Assembly: GCA_002269645.1 (NCBI GenBank)
Contig: NIVC01002120.1
Span: forward strand, 139,788 to 203,787
DNA from: Macrostomum lignano
Taxonomy: Eukaryota
Reading direction: 5' to 3'
Length of the DNA: 64,000 nt
The notes beneath the pieces were generated by a model. That model had not been told where the DNA came from. It ran no database searches and was given only the letters and a program-made list of their open reading frames with translations. This document shows, piece by piece, positions 46,219 through 58,900 of the stretch; within the stretch, counting starts at the first letter, position 1; every line of letters starts with the position of its first letter. Position numbers and translations under genes: made by a program.

Positions 46219-47832
46219 GGCTGTTCAGATGACTATATTGAAAGAACCTTGTCTATTGCTGGATCATCTTGTGAAACTACATCTATTTAAATCTGCGTCA
46301 TTAATGCACCAAATGGAATGGGCAAAAGGTGTTTCGCGAGATCCATCTACAGTAAATACTGCAACTTGGCTTTTGTGCTCTGTTTTGATTTTCCACGCCT
46401 TGTGACTCGAAAATCGGACAGCAAGTTTACCATGGCGCAGGTTGAACTCTATGCTTTACTTCTGGCAGGATTTTTTTGTTTGCCAAGTTTTGCATTCGAC
46501 GATGTAACATATTGAGAAGCTAGTTCTGTTGACTGTACAGGTTCAGTATGTTACAAGTTGATGGCACTTTTGTGTGCAGAATTGGACTCGCAGCCGAAAG
46601 AGCGCAATTTCTATTGTCGTCAGGGATGGAGAGTACTTGGGCTGTTTCCCGAGGCCAGTTTCTTGCATTCAGCTTAGTTCTGGTGACTGATTTGGATATT
46701 CAGATTTCTATTGACACTCTGTCGAGATCGACCCGCAGAAAAGAAAAGAAAGTGTTTTCGACTGATGGGCCTCTCGAGAAACCAACCAACTCCGCACCCT
46801 TGATGTAGCCATGTACGTACCTCTTACCCTCTGAGCCAGTCAAAGAACTGGCTCACATGATCATTGAGGTTTGCAAAGAATTTCCTGACACTGCCATAAT
46901 CTGCTAGAGTGACAGCATGGATGCATTGTGGTGGATAAAGTCAGAACACAAGACTTGAAAGGTGTTCATCTAGAACTGCATTGTGTTTATCATCATCTGG
47001 TCAGCAGTTCCACTGGACGGTTGGAGGCATTGCCCTGGAAAAGAAAATCCTGCTGGCATTGCAACTTGTGCCATCACTCTGGAATTGCTCAACAGCCGCT
47101 CCTGCAGGTTTTGTAGACCTACTTGGCTGTGGTCTGACTCTTCAATATGACCGGTTTAGTCAGATTTTTTGACAAGTCTAGCTTGGATGACAGCTCTATT
47201 CATTGTGTAACTGTAGAAGCCAGTGGCCCTCTGGAACCTTATATTTGGATAGACAAAGTGATACACTTGAAGAAATTCAGCACTTATGTAGAGGCTTCTC
47301 CGAGTGTCAGCATGGGTCTTCCACTTTGCCATATCACTTTAGATCCAGGGTTTGCCATGCTGGGGCTGTTGCCCCCAGGACCCCGGGTCCTGCACGTAAT
47401 GGCGTGGTGAACTATCTGTGCAGTATGAGACTGGTATGGCCTTTATCCCAGCCAGCGATGCTCACACCTGCCTCCCCTGGCGGGCTGATAGCTCTAGAGA
47501 CTCTGTCTCCTGATTTTCACCTTGCAAGGCGCACTTCGAAGGGTACTCGTCCCGTGGGTGTTAAGGCAGGCCCCCTTGGGCGCTGCCGAGCTGATTCGTT
47601 GGCGCCGGGTCCTGGTGTGACCATAAACGCACCCTCTAATGTCCCAGTGTAACTCCGTGCTGATGGACGCTTGGCCAGGGAGTAGTCTGGTCGCTAACGG
47701 TTCCCCTTGCGCTTTTGGGTCCCCCGCAGGGTGGTATTTTGCTTTTTGGGGCCTGCCGCTTGGTTTGGGGTTGCGGCCTTGCGGCTCTTTGCCTGTGTTC
47801 TGCAGGAAGTCCCACCTTTTTACTTCCAGCCA

Positions 47833-49299
47833 ATGGCTTCTAACCGAAGTAACAAACCGGCTGTGGATGACACAGTGCCTCCGGCCTCGGCTGGGGCCGT
47901 GGACTCCTCGGCCATACCACCTGCTACCATCGGGGACGCCTCGGCGAGACCCGTGGAGCCAACTCTGAGCGGTGCCTCCGAGAAGACACCTGCTACTCCA
48001 GCTGCTAAGAAACGCAGCACCACCTCTGGAGCTGCCCGCCGTCGACTTAACAAGGCGAGGCGGGCCAAGGAGGGCGGAAGCCAAACCGGTGCCAGGGGCC
48101 AACGGCCCGCGGCAGCGGAAGCTTCCCAGTCTGGGGCGGTGGCGGAAGAGGGCCTCGAGCCCACGGAAGCCCCTGCCCAGGATAGGGAGGCCGATGCAGC
48201 CGGGAGGGTGGACAGCCCACCTGAAGAAAGCTCCACTGACCCCCGGGCCTCCTACGCTGATGCGGCAAAGAGGCAACCGGCGGTTGTCATCCTGGGAAAG
48301 GACGCGCGCCTGTCTCCCGATCAGCTGAAGCAGGTGAGAAGTGCCGTTGATGGCCTCCTGTGGAAGCAAACTCTGAAGGGCACGCCTCTGAACATTCATT
48401 CGAATGCGACGAGGGACTCGTGCCTTCTCATTTGGCCCAGTGATGCTGACTCGGGTCGGCGGCTCCTTGAGCTGCTGCCCGAGCAGAGCTGGGACCTCAA
48501 CCTAGCCTTCTGCAGAGCGGACGAGCGCCCCCGGACCAAGAGGCATCGAATCTGGGTCCCGGCCAGGAGCGTTGTTACCTCTGCTGACGAGCTCCGGAAA
48601 GGACTGTTAGCAGTCAACCGGGAGCTTCCCGCCGCGGGCCTAGTGGTGCATGACACCCTTAAGCGCACCGACGGCACTGGCTTCACAGCCATCCTGGGGC
48701 TGTCGGACGCCTGGATGAGGCGTTATCCACACGGCAGCTTCATCAACGTCGGCCTTTGGAAGCTGCGCATCCGCTCCTACGAGGCCGACCCTCCCCGTGG
48801 CAGTGAGCAGGGCGGGCGGGATGCGGAGGCGGCCGGGGCCGAGGCGCAAGCCTCTGCTCAGACTGCCAAAGCAAACCGCCCTGCCCGGCAGCACGGCCGC
48901 GCGGGCAAAGCTGAGCGCGCTGCTGAGGGCGGAGGCGACCGACGCCCGGCGCGCAGCACCAAGCGGCGCGGCCTGTACCAGCGTGCAGCTGAGGCAGTCC
49001 GTACCGCCAAAATCTCCCAGCTGAGGCGAGAGGTCGCCGGGACGCCTAGGCGCACCAGTTCGTCCAGGGAGGGTGGGGACGTCCCAGCTGGGCCCAACCC
49101 CTCGGGGCAGGGCCGACTGGAGACGGACCCGCCTGCCCAGGCGGCTGGCTGCTCCAGGGCATTGGGCCAATCTGAGGCGGAGGACCCCATGGATGGTGGG
49201 CAAAGGGCGGCGAACGCTGCCTACTGCCTTCCGGCCAATCGGGGCCTTTTGCTGAAGAAGAGCCCATGGACACCGGCGACCCCGACCCGAAGCCGGTGA
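47833..49299 (+). CDS. LINE ORF1 protein (basic, low complexity, central RHRIWVP domain, no CCHC knuckle seen)
   Basis: ATG at 47833 within ORF 47707-49299, directly upstream of the APE ORF. Resemblance to the LOA ORF1 DUF4780-type region is from memory only. Confidence 0.75.
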   Translation: MASNRSNKPAVDDTVPPASAGAVDSSAIPPATIGDASARPVEPTLSGASEKTPATPAAKKRSTTSGAARRRLNKARRAKEGGSQTGARGQRPAAAEASQSGAVAEEGLEPTEAPAQDREADAAGRVDSPPEESSTDPRASYADAAKRQPAVVILGKDARLSPDQLKQVRSAVDGLLWKQTLKGTPLNIHSNATRDSCLLIWPSDADSGRRLLELLPEQSWDLNLAFCRADERPRTKRHRIWVPARSVVTSADELRKGLLAVNRELPAAGLVVHDTLKRTDGTGFTAILGLSDAWMRRYPHGSFINVGLWKLRIRSYEADPPRGSEQGGRDAEAAGAEAQASAQTAKANRPARQHGRAGKAERAAEGGGDRRPARSTKRRGLYQRAAEAVRTAKISQLRREVAGTPRRTSSSREGGDVPAGPNPSGQGRLETDPPAQAAGCSRALGQSEAEDPMDGGQRAANAAYCLPANRGLLLKKSPWTPATPTRSR

Positions 49300-49348
49300 G
49301 CGCCGAGGAGGAGGAGGAACTCCTGGCGGCTGCAACATCCGATCTGCA

Positions 49349-52300
49349 ATGATGCCAGCGACTACCTGGTGTCTGCAGATCAACACCCAGCACTGCGTGG
49401 CGGCGTCGGTCAACCTGATGCGCACGGCAGAGCAACAGCTTCCGGGCCTGGTCTTCGTACAGGAGCCCTGGATGACTAAAGGTAAGCCAAATAATGTGCC
49501 ATCTGGCTACCACTGTTTTTGCATGGCGGGCTCTCAGCCTCGCCCAAGATCTCTGGTCTTTGCTGCAAAAGCTTTTGAGGCATGGATGAGACCTGATCTC
49601 TCGACTGGGGACATCTGTGTTGTTCAAATCAATAACCTCATTCCCAATAAACCTGTGCTGGTAGCTTCTGCCTATTTCCCGGGCGATGCCCCAGTTGTCT
49701 GCGACGCGTTAGTCAACCTTACTGACTATGCTGCGTCCCATCGGTTCGAGCTGCTCATTGCAGGGGATGTGAACGCACACCACCTGCATTGGGGCAGCAA
49801 GAACATCAATAGCAGAGGCGAGGAGCTGCTGGCCTATGTCAGCAGCACTAACCTCAACTTCTGTAACGTGGGCAATGCACCAACGTTCAATAATGGGCGG
49901 TGGGCCGAAGTCATCGACACCACCATCGCCTCACCCGGACTGCTTTCCGCAGTTACGGGCTGGCGAGTGTGGGACGAGGACTCGCTCTCGGACCACCGCT
50001 TTATCCGCTTTTGCATTGGGCCGACCAAGCAAAAGCCTAAGGTCACTTGGAGTCGGAACGTCAGGAACACCGATTGGGCCGCCTTTGGCTCGAAGCTGAG
50101 CCGCGGCCTTCGGGATCTTGACCCCCCCAGTGACCTCTCTGACTGCCAGGTGGTGGACGATCTCGCCTCCTCCCTGGGCGGGGCGATCACCACTGCCTTT
50201 GAAGCAGCCTGCCCCCTAAAGGCCTATAAAGGCAAGAAATCTGCTCCCTGGTGGAACCCAGAGCTCGGGGCCCTTCGGCGCCGAGCCAGGACCCTAAAAA
50301 GGCGAGCGCTCAAAACCAAAGACCCATCTGACAAAGAGGCCTATACCCGTGCGATCCACGAGTTTAAGGGCCAAGTCAGAAGGGCCAAGACGGCCAAGTG
50401 GCGCCAATATTGCGAAGGGCTTGAGGGCTCTCGCCCCGTAGCCCGCGTGGTTAAGGCACTCACTAATGACCGTTTTTCTAAACTCTCTGTTGTGAAGAGA
50501 CCTGACGGCTCGGTCACAGAGAGTTCGGAAGAGACTCTAGAGCTCATGCTCAACAGTTTTTTCCCTAAATCTCCGACTCAGCAGGGCCCGCCCGACCACA
50601 CAGTGGGAGGGCAAGGCCTAGCAAAGTCTATGATCACCAAAGACCGCATTATTAGAGCGGCAAGGTCCTTTAACCCGTTCAAGGCGCCTGGGCCCGACGG
50701 CATCTACCCAGCGTTCTTGCACGAGGCGGTGAAAAACCACCGCTTCCTGGACCTGCTCTGTCGTCTCCTCGAGCTTGTGTGGAGCTGGGCTATGTACCAG
50801 TTGCGTGGAGAGAGGCCCGGGTGGTCTTTATCCCCAAGCCTGGAAAGAGCGACTACCAATCGGTGAAGGCCTTCAGGCCTATCAGCCTCACTTCTTTCTG
50901 CCTCAAGCTCCTCGAGAGACTGGTGCTTTGGCGCCTACTTTCGGTCGAGCTGAAGCGCTTCCCACTCTCGCAGAACCAGCACGCCTTCCGCGCGGGCAGG
51001 TCAACCGAGAGTGCTCTCCATGTCATTGTTGACTTCCTGGAGAGGGCCGTTCTTGGCAGCGGCTTTGCCCTCTCGCTTTTCCTGGACATTGAGGGGGCCT
51101 TCGACAACGTCATCTTCGAGGCCTTTTGCAGAGCCCTGGAATCCAGGGCCACGCACCCTCACCTTGTCCGGTGGATCATGTTCATGATCCGAAACCGCAC
51201 TGTTGTGGCCCACCTGAGCGGCAGCTCTCTTTCGGTGCCTGTCCTGAAAGGGGGCCCCCAGGGCGGCGTTCTCACCCCCGTTCTCTGGAACATGGTCATG
51301 GATGAGTTGCTTTGCAGTGATCTCCACGACCCCATTCTCAAGGTGGGCTATGCCGATGATGTGACCGCGATATGCGCGGGCCCCTCGGTTGATACCATCA
51401 GAGACCTTCTGCAGGGCTTTCTGGGACGAGCGGAGCGTTGGGCAGACCAATGTGGCCTTAGACTCTCAGAGTCGAAAACCACAGCAGTCATGTTTACCAA
51501 CAAACTGCTCTGGACCATTAAGCCCCTCACCCTCTATGGAAAGAACATTTCCATGGAGAAGCAGGTCCGCTGCCTGGGCCTCACTCTGGACCACAGGCTT
51601 AACTGGACTCCGCACATTCAAACTAAAGCCAAAAAAGCCCTGGCTGTACTGGCTCAGATCAGGCGCGCCGTGGGCACCACCTGGGGGCTCACCCCCAGGA
51701 AGCTGTGGTGGATTTACACTGCCATCATCCGCCCCTCGATCAGTTACGCCAGCCTCGTGTGGGCTAGCGGCCTGAGCGTCAAGAGCAACCTCGACGCTCT
51801 CTACAAAATCCAGGGCAGAGCCTGCCGCATGACTATGGGCGCTCCACCCTCTACTCCTTTTGAAGGCATGAATGCCTTCCTCTGTGCCCCTCCTTTGGAT
51901 ATTTATATCAAAGGAGAGGCGGCGAAGAGCACCCGGCGTCTTCTGGATGCTGGGGTGGCCTTCAAGAAAGTGCGGGCCTTTAAGAAGCGGTCGCTTATCC
52001 CGCACTCTGACCTCTGCCTCAAGGCTCTCGAGGAGTGTGGCGGGCTCAACATCCTCACGGACTCGATCCCAGCCACCCTTCTCCTGAGCCAAAGGTATAA
52101 GGTCACCATTCAGCCTCGACACGAGGCGAGTGACAGCTGGAGCGACTCTGAAGTCCACTGTTACACTGACGGCTCTATGAGGCATGGTCTTTCAGGCTTC
52201 GGAGCTTGCGTCTTCTTCAAGGGAGAAGTGGTGTGGAACTACTCCCAGCACACTGGGCTCAACTCCAGTGTTTTTCAGAGCGAGGTGCTTGCCATCAGCT

Positions 52301-53052
52301 CCTGCGCGGCAGAGCTGCGCCGAAGGCAGCTTAGCGGCCGGAAATTTATTTTTCACTCTGACAGCCAAGCAGCCCTTCGGGCCCTCTGCCGCAGCACCGC
52401 CAGCTCCAGGTCCGTCCTGGACTGCAACACCCAGCTCAACGGGCTTGCGCTAGGCAACCAGGTGGAGCTCAGATGGATCCCGGGCCACGCCGGCTTCCTC
52501 GGCAACGAGCGCGCTGACCTGCTGGCCAAGGCTGGCTCCGCCGGCGCGCTATTGGGGCCGGGCCCGGGTGCCCCCATCCCCGCCTCGGTGATCAATTCCC
52601 GCGTTAAGCGCTGGGCTGACTCCGAGCATCTCCGCAGGTGGCACGACACCCGGAATTGTAGGCAATCCCGTGCTGCCGTCCCCTGTCCCTCTCCTCTCCT
52701 GCGTAGAGCCCTCCTCAGGCTCAACCGCAGAGACCTCAGAGCAGTTAGCATGGCCCTCTCCGGGCATGGCTGCTTCTCTCGCCACCGCTTCCTTCAGGGC
52801 CAAGTACCCGAGGAGCGGTGCCCCTTCTGTCGCTCAGGCAGTGAAAACGCCGAGCATTTTATCTGCCACTGCCCGGTTTTCACCAGGGCCAGGCTTACTC
52901 ACCTCGGGCCAAACCCGGTTCTCTCCGACGTTTGCAGGCCCGAGAGCATCCCGCTGCTCGCCCGGTACCTCAGGGACACCGGACGAGCTGATTTCTTCCC
53001 CACCGTCGGTGAGGAGGACCGCGCTGCAGGCGAGACCGACAGGTCCCGCTGA
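49349..53052 (+). CDS. LINE ORF2: APE endonuclease, RT, RNase H, CCHC finger (1-nt deletion near 50770)
   Basis: LQINTQH, QEPW, GDVNAHH, SDHRFI; KAPGPDGI; FRPISLTS, LDIEGAFD, PQGGVLTP, YADD; YTDGS, SDSQAAL, WIPGH, GNERADLLAK; CPFC...EH...C. Adding one C restores LLRACVELGYVP. Confidence 0.93.
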
Positions 53053-55958
53053 GCGACACCACTTCAACGGAAGTCGTTGGTCGCCAGGGGCTAGCGGAAT
53101 GGGCGGTCTCCTCCGCCTCCCCGCTGCATCCGCTGGACGCCCCCTGCAGCTAAGTCAAGTAAGTCAGGGTTTGCCATACAAAGTTGGTTAGCAATCACAG
53201 TTGCTCCTGTCAAGAGTTAAGTCGCTAAGAGCATTCTAGCATATTGGCCTAGACTACTATGGTCCACTTCTCTACTATGGGGGAAAAAGATGGCCAAAAG
53301 CCTACATCCTACTTTTTGCTTGCATGAGCACCCAAGCGGTCTATCTTGAAATGACCACAGATTTGACTACTCAATCATTTCTTTAGTCTTTGTTGCTTCT
53401 ATGCGTATTGCAGGACTCTATCAATAATTCCTGAAAAATTCAAGACTTTCCATCCTACAGGGTGACTACTAGATGCCCAAATTGTGCCCTTTCAAATCAT
53501 AGGAGGTCAAGAGTTCTTAGCCACCAAAAGAATCTACTGGTCATTTATCCTAGAAAAAGCACCATGGATAGGCAAATTCTATGAGCCATTGGTTGGTGTT
53601 GTGAAGTCAACTTTGAAGAAGACTGTCTGCAAAGCTTTTCTTACCCTAGACAAGTTGACAACAGTTTGTGTGCATAGTGGAAGCAGTTGTTGATTCTAGA
53701 CTACTTGGGTTGATCTTGTCCAAAGTGCATACAGAAGTAATCATGCTAAGTCATTTCCTTGTTCTTAATTGGCTGACAAAAGAACCAGAAGTGAATCTAG
53801 AGAGCCAAACAGTTCTACCTCTTCTAGAGTAGCTGAGCTAAGTGTGGCAGTTGCTGACTAAATTCTGGTAAGAATAGTTATGCTGAATAAGTACAAAATA
53901 GCCCTGTGCAAGTATTTGGCAAGGAAGGAAAGCCAAATGTTTGATCATGTAATCAAGGTTAGAAATGTTGTTTTGGTAATGGACTCTGGTGTGCCACGGC
54001 TGTAGTAGAAGCTGTTGGTTGTAGAAAAAGTATATCATACTAGGTTGTACATCCTGAGGTTAGCTAATCTATATTATAATCATGCCACTTTGCATTTCTG
54101 ATAGCTAGTAATATTGCTAATTCCTTTAGAGGTCTAAGATTATGTCCTATCTTTGATCTTGTTTCATGCTATCTTATTGTCAATCTTTTAGTCTTTTTTG
54201 TTGCCATTTATATTATATAAAAATATTCTTCTTAACATTAACCTGTCTTACCTTAACAACATAATGAGCAAATGCCAGGGTCATTCCACAAGAAATTCAT
54301 ACTTAGAAAATCTCTAGATTACACTTTAAAAGATAATAAAAATTTTTGTTCTTTAAGAATTAGACCATGTCTATTTCATTACAATTGTACCAGAAAATGA
54401 CTAGTATAAATTGAGAAAAAAAGCCTTGGCATAAATCCCTGGCATACGATTTGGTTAAAAATGGATTGGAATAAATGGCTAACATAAAAAATAATTATAT
54501 GATCTTTTGCCATATAAAAAATTGTGTAACATATTTCATATTTGAATAAAATAGAAAAGTTAAATAACTATAAAATTTTATTATTTATATAAAGTTAAAA
54601 TGAAGTTTCAAATCTAGAAATTATACTATAATGCAAAATTTTTATATATTTTTTTAACTTATATATTTAAAAAGTTTGTGTAGGGCACCTCTTGATTCTT
54701 TTACAAAATTGATATTAGTATAAATTATTTTGAATGCATGCCAAATCTAGAAAAACATATTTTTTATAATACATATATTCTTCATAATATTTTATGCAAA
54801 CTAATTTTTGTTTAAACTAGCAGTAAATTTTAGTATGAATAAAAACATTTTTGGTGGATTTTGTATCTCTGGTAATAGAATGAACAGAGACCTCGAATTA
54901 ATTGCTGATTAACCAGGCCAACAGAATGCTTGGCAGCAAGGAAGAGTATATTTGTAGCAGTAAGGGATTAGGACGCAAAGAAGAGAGAGCCATAGTCTTG
55001 GTTTTAGTACAGTATGAGTGTTTCGATTTATAGCCTTGGGGATGTGCGAGAGAAGTTTCTAGAATGCTATTCTTAGTATAGCTAGGGGGAGAGTGCAGAA
55101 GTTTCCAGAAGAAGCTACATTAGTAAACATTATTTTATACTAACTTTATACTGTACTGGAAACATATTCGTATAGTCTCACAACAATGGAGGAGAGACCA
55201 ACCTTGTGCTTTGCAGTTCCTTAAGAAATAAAGCCAATATTGAATAGTAAGAGTTCCAAGTAAAGGTTATTAAAGATTGTTTTCTAAGTTGATTTATTTT
55301 CTAAAGTGAAGTAAAGTAGACAGAAGTATATTCAATATATACTATACTGAGAAGTGGAAGTAGTAAGAGAATTCAAAGTAGATCCTAAATGAATACATGT
55401 AAGAATAACTAGAGGCTATGACCCTCTGATCTTGGTAACACTCTGGACTAGAAATACTAGAAATACATAAAGTATATATACTAGTAGACTAATATACTGC
55501 TTAGGCTGAATTACTAATAGAATGCTATTAGAATAATAGAAAAGGCTACTGGAATAATAGGAGAATAATACTTGTAAGGGCTAAATAGTATTCTAAGAAC
55601 AATATACTCAAACAAATTCTCAAATATACTTAAACAAATGCTCAGATATATACTTAGACTTATTCTAAGAAACATTTTTCAGACATTCTAAGATTAATAA
55701 ACATATAATTTATTAATGGAATATAGTCTTGGTAGCAGCTACCAACATTTATAAAGATAGAAATTAAGCCCTGTGATAACTTTGGTGACATTTTGGAATT
55801 ATTTGTAGAGATAGTAGTTAACCCCTAACATAACTTTGGTAACTAAGCAGTGAGATTTTGAGTATAGGCCTACAGGAAATATGATAAATATTTGCATAAA
55901 CTGCCCCATATCCCTATTCCTAGTCTAGGCATTATACCTAGACTTAATGCTTAGACTT

Positions 55959-58900
55959 GGTGTAAGACCAAGATGGCCACACACCAAGATGGCCACAGCT
56001 GGGGTAGGGGTCACGGAAAATGACAGCTGGTTTACTATTGGATAGCTTCGGGTGGGGAGATGTGGGGTTGCAATGGGGGGGTTTAGACAGGCAGTCAAGA
56101 TTTTATTAGCATATTGCAGGGCTAAAGACAAAAATGGTCACGACTCTTAATTTCCTACTTATAGTAGGGCCCTAAGAGGTATAAACGTATTTTGCATTAA
56201 ACAAATCTCTTCTTCATATAAAATCTGGTGTAGCTTTTTTCCATTTCTCTTATTGGTCGAGACTAATTTACTTGTTTAAAGGGATAAAAACTGGGTAAAT
56301 TTCATGCCCTGTTCAAAATTCATCTGTCTCATTCACTGACAGCAGTCTAAGCACTTAGATACAAAATGGCAGGCGCATATCCATGTGTGGTCTGTCTGCA
56401 GCCAGTTTGCGATGGACAAGAAGCAATTGAGTGTTCTCAATGCTTGAATTGGCAGCACCGTGCATGTGATAGTCGCGTCACAATCGATCAGTATTCTGCA
56501 ATGAGAAATGTCGGTGAGTTTTTCTGTCTTTGCAATCAATGCAATAGACGGGCTCCTGCAGGTAACTTAGCAGTGTCTCAAGCTGCAGATGCTGCAGTGG
56601 TACATGTACAAGCCCCGAATTCTGGACCAGCGGCTGTTTCTCTGCCTGCTGAAAATCCAGAACCAGTGCAATTGATTCCGGCACAAGCAGAAAATTTTCT
56701 TTACCAGTATCCAGATTTCAATGACCCTGATCCAGCTCTGGAAGAATCCATTCAAATTCCTCTAGCAGAGCTTGCACTGCCCCGCAGCCCACCTCCCCAG
56801 CCCTTTGAGATTCTTACAGGTGCAGGATGCAGTCACGGAAAAGACCTTCTAGTGCAGTATGCCCAACGAGACCTTGGCCATCTGATGGATGCAAAAACGC
56901 GGCGAAATGGCAACACGTACTATCGCTGCACTAAGTGTTTATCACTGCACTGTCATGGCTCCGCAGTCTGCCGTACTGATGGAACCATAGAAGCCCTTGC
57001 TCCGCACACGTGCGATCCAGTTGATCGGCCAGCTCAGAAGAGAAAGGCAGCAAAGGAGGTAAAGGAGGGAGCAAAGCGCATGTTGTTTCATGTCATCTAT
57101 CCATGCCACCCGTACCTTATTGCCATTTCAGATCATAACGAGTTAAAAAAGCCAAAAAATCTGCACACTTAGTTGCTGCACCCAATATAGCCCTGGAGCA
57201 TATTTAAGAATCACCGTGCACATTTCTTGCCAGATATTACACTTTGTTTTACGCTCAAATTTGGGATGGGGGGGTTCATTGCGTCGCACTTACAGAGCAA
57301 GAAGCCTTTACTTGGGCTAGTCACTGCATGTTTGTGTGACTCAGTGCACTTCTGCCTCCGTAATTCATCATCATCCCATCATCCCCATCATTATGCCTGA
57401 TATTATATGAGCTACGTATACAAGCTATTAAAATGCAGATATGAGATACCTTTTGCACCCACGTTCGCAAAACAGGCCTGATGAAAGATTTCATAGAAAA
57501 ACAATTTATTCATTGCTACAAACTGCTGTCAATCCGTTGGTATCAAGAAATAATATGAAATATCGTGAATGGGTGGCAACTGATGCAGTTTTTTATTTTT
57601 GATTTCCACTTGTATTGAGTTCACATACGAGCCGTATTCTGTTGTTTGAGTTGAATACAAAGGTAGGCAGGGTTGCTGTCAATTCAAGCTTGAATGAGCA
57701 GAGTTAATTTATGGTCAAACAGTCCTCACACTGCTCCTCTAGTGGTGGTGATGCCTCACGGATCGTTACACTCAAGCCAACCCTAGAGCAACATTTTTTT
57801 CAATTGTGGCCTGTACTGATACGATACGATTGGAAGTCATAAATACAGTCTAAATAACTGACTGGCTTGCGTGGAGATAAAAATCTATCTATATAAAACA
57901 GCTCACCTCAAATCAGCCATATCGTTATTTTTCGTTGCAATCTTTTTTCAGTTTTAACATTTTTAGCCAACTGCTATGGTTGGTAACCATAATAACAATT
58001 TGGCTATAAATAAATAACTCAATATAGTGACTTTGCATGCAGCACTTAGCATGAAGCCTCAGATTTATTTATGTAAATATCATTTGTACTCTTTATGCAC
58101 TGCGGCAAATTTGCACAGATATGAGATGCATGTATTTTTCAGCAAGTACTGATACCCAAGAAACGCAAGGCTTCAATCAAAGTCTAACAATTCTGAAATC
58201 TCGTCAAAATAAGCCGAACCTCTAAATACATGTACAGATACAAGTCTGATACAAACAGAAGAGAGAAGAGATCAGATAGGAGAGATGAAAGAGGAGAAAG
58301 GAGAGATGAGAAAGCAGAGACGAGAAATGCGACAGTAGAGCTAGAACAGAGGAGAGAGGAGAGGGAAGAGATTATAGAGACGAGTGGGGAGAGAAGAGAA
58401 ATGTGTGAGAGCAGACATGAGAGACAATGGAAGAGAAGTGGAGTGAAGGAGAAAGGAGAATAAAGGGGGAGAATCGAGAGGACAGGAAGAGAGGGGAAGG
58501 GAGAGAAGAGAGATAAGAGGAAAAAGAAGAATGGAGAAGGGAGAAAGTAGAAAGGAGAAGAGATATGGGAGAGCAGGAGAGATGAGAGATGAGAGGGAGG
58601 AGAGAGTAGAGAGGGGAGGTGAAAGAGTAAAGGGGAGAAAGTTGAGAGAAGAGTTGGGAGAGTTGGGAAAAAGAGCAGAGATGTTAAAGGAGAGTACAGA
58701 TGAGAGATGAGAGAGAGGAGTTAAGACAGGAAATAAATAATAGGAGAGAGGGTCGAGATGATAGAGGAGATAGAATAGAGAATTTCGCACTGACCTACGA
58801 GGTGCGAACAAACACGAGAAATCAAACTGCGATGTGCTAATTTTAACAGTCCCAGACTTCCATTGTTCCTACAAAATTTTAAACAGCAGGGCAGGACCTC

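Larger units (their letters stand above)
47359..53164 (+). mobile_element. Full-length non-LTR retrotransposon, LOA-like (R1 group) with RNase H
   Basis: 13-bp TSD CAGGGTTTGCCAT at 47346-47358 and 53165-53177, about 470-nt 5' UTR, ORF1, ORF2 (APE-RT-RNase H-CCHC) and a 3' tail TAAGTCAAGTAAGT. Confidence 0.92.
46240..54100 (+). mobile_element. Decayed BEL/Pao LTR retrotransposon pol remnant interrupted by the LINE
   Basis: Right of the LINE: FACMSTQAVYLEMTTDLTTQSFL (about 53315-53385), WSFILEKAPWIGKFYEPLVGVVKSTLKK (53484-53693) and LWQLLTKFW, all matching the BEL integrase region. An HGSSTLPYHFRSR zinc-finger-like stretch lies at the insertion site. Many stops; boundaries approximate; no LTRs recognised. 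Confidence 0.7.

Noticed and set aside
47359-47832. HDV-like ribozyme in the LINE 5' UTR (reported for some non-LTR clades)
   Set aside because: A nested double pseudoknot with G1, L3 and J4/2 could not be built by eye. A descriptor search with RNArobo or Infernal would be needed.
57478-57510. CTGATGA...GAAA hammerhead-like core
   Set aside because: No stem II, stem I or NUH site can be formed.
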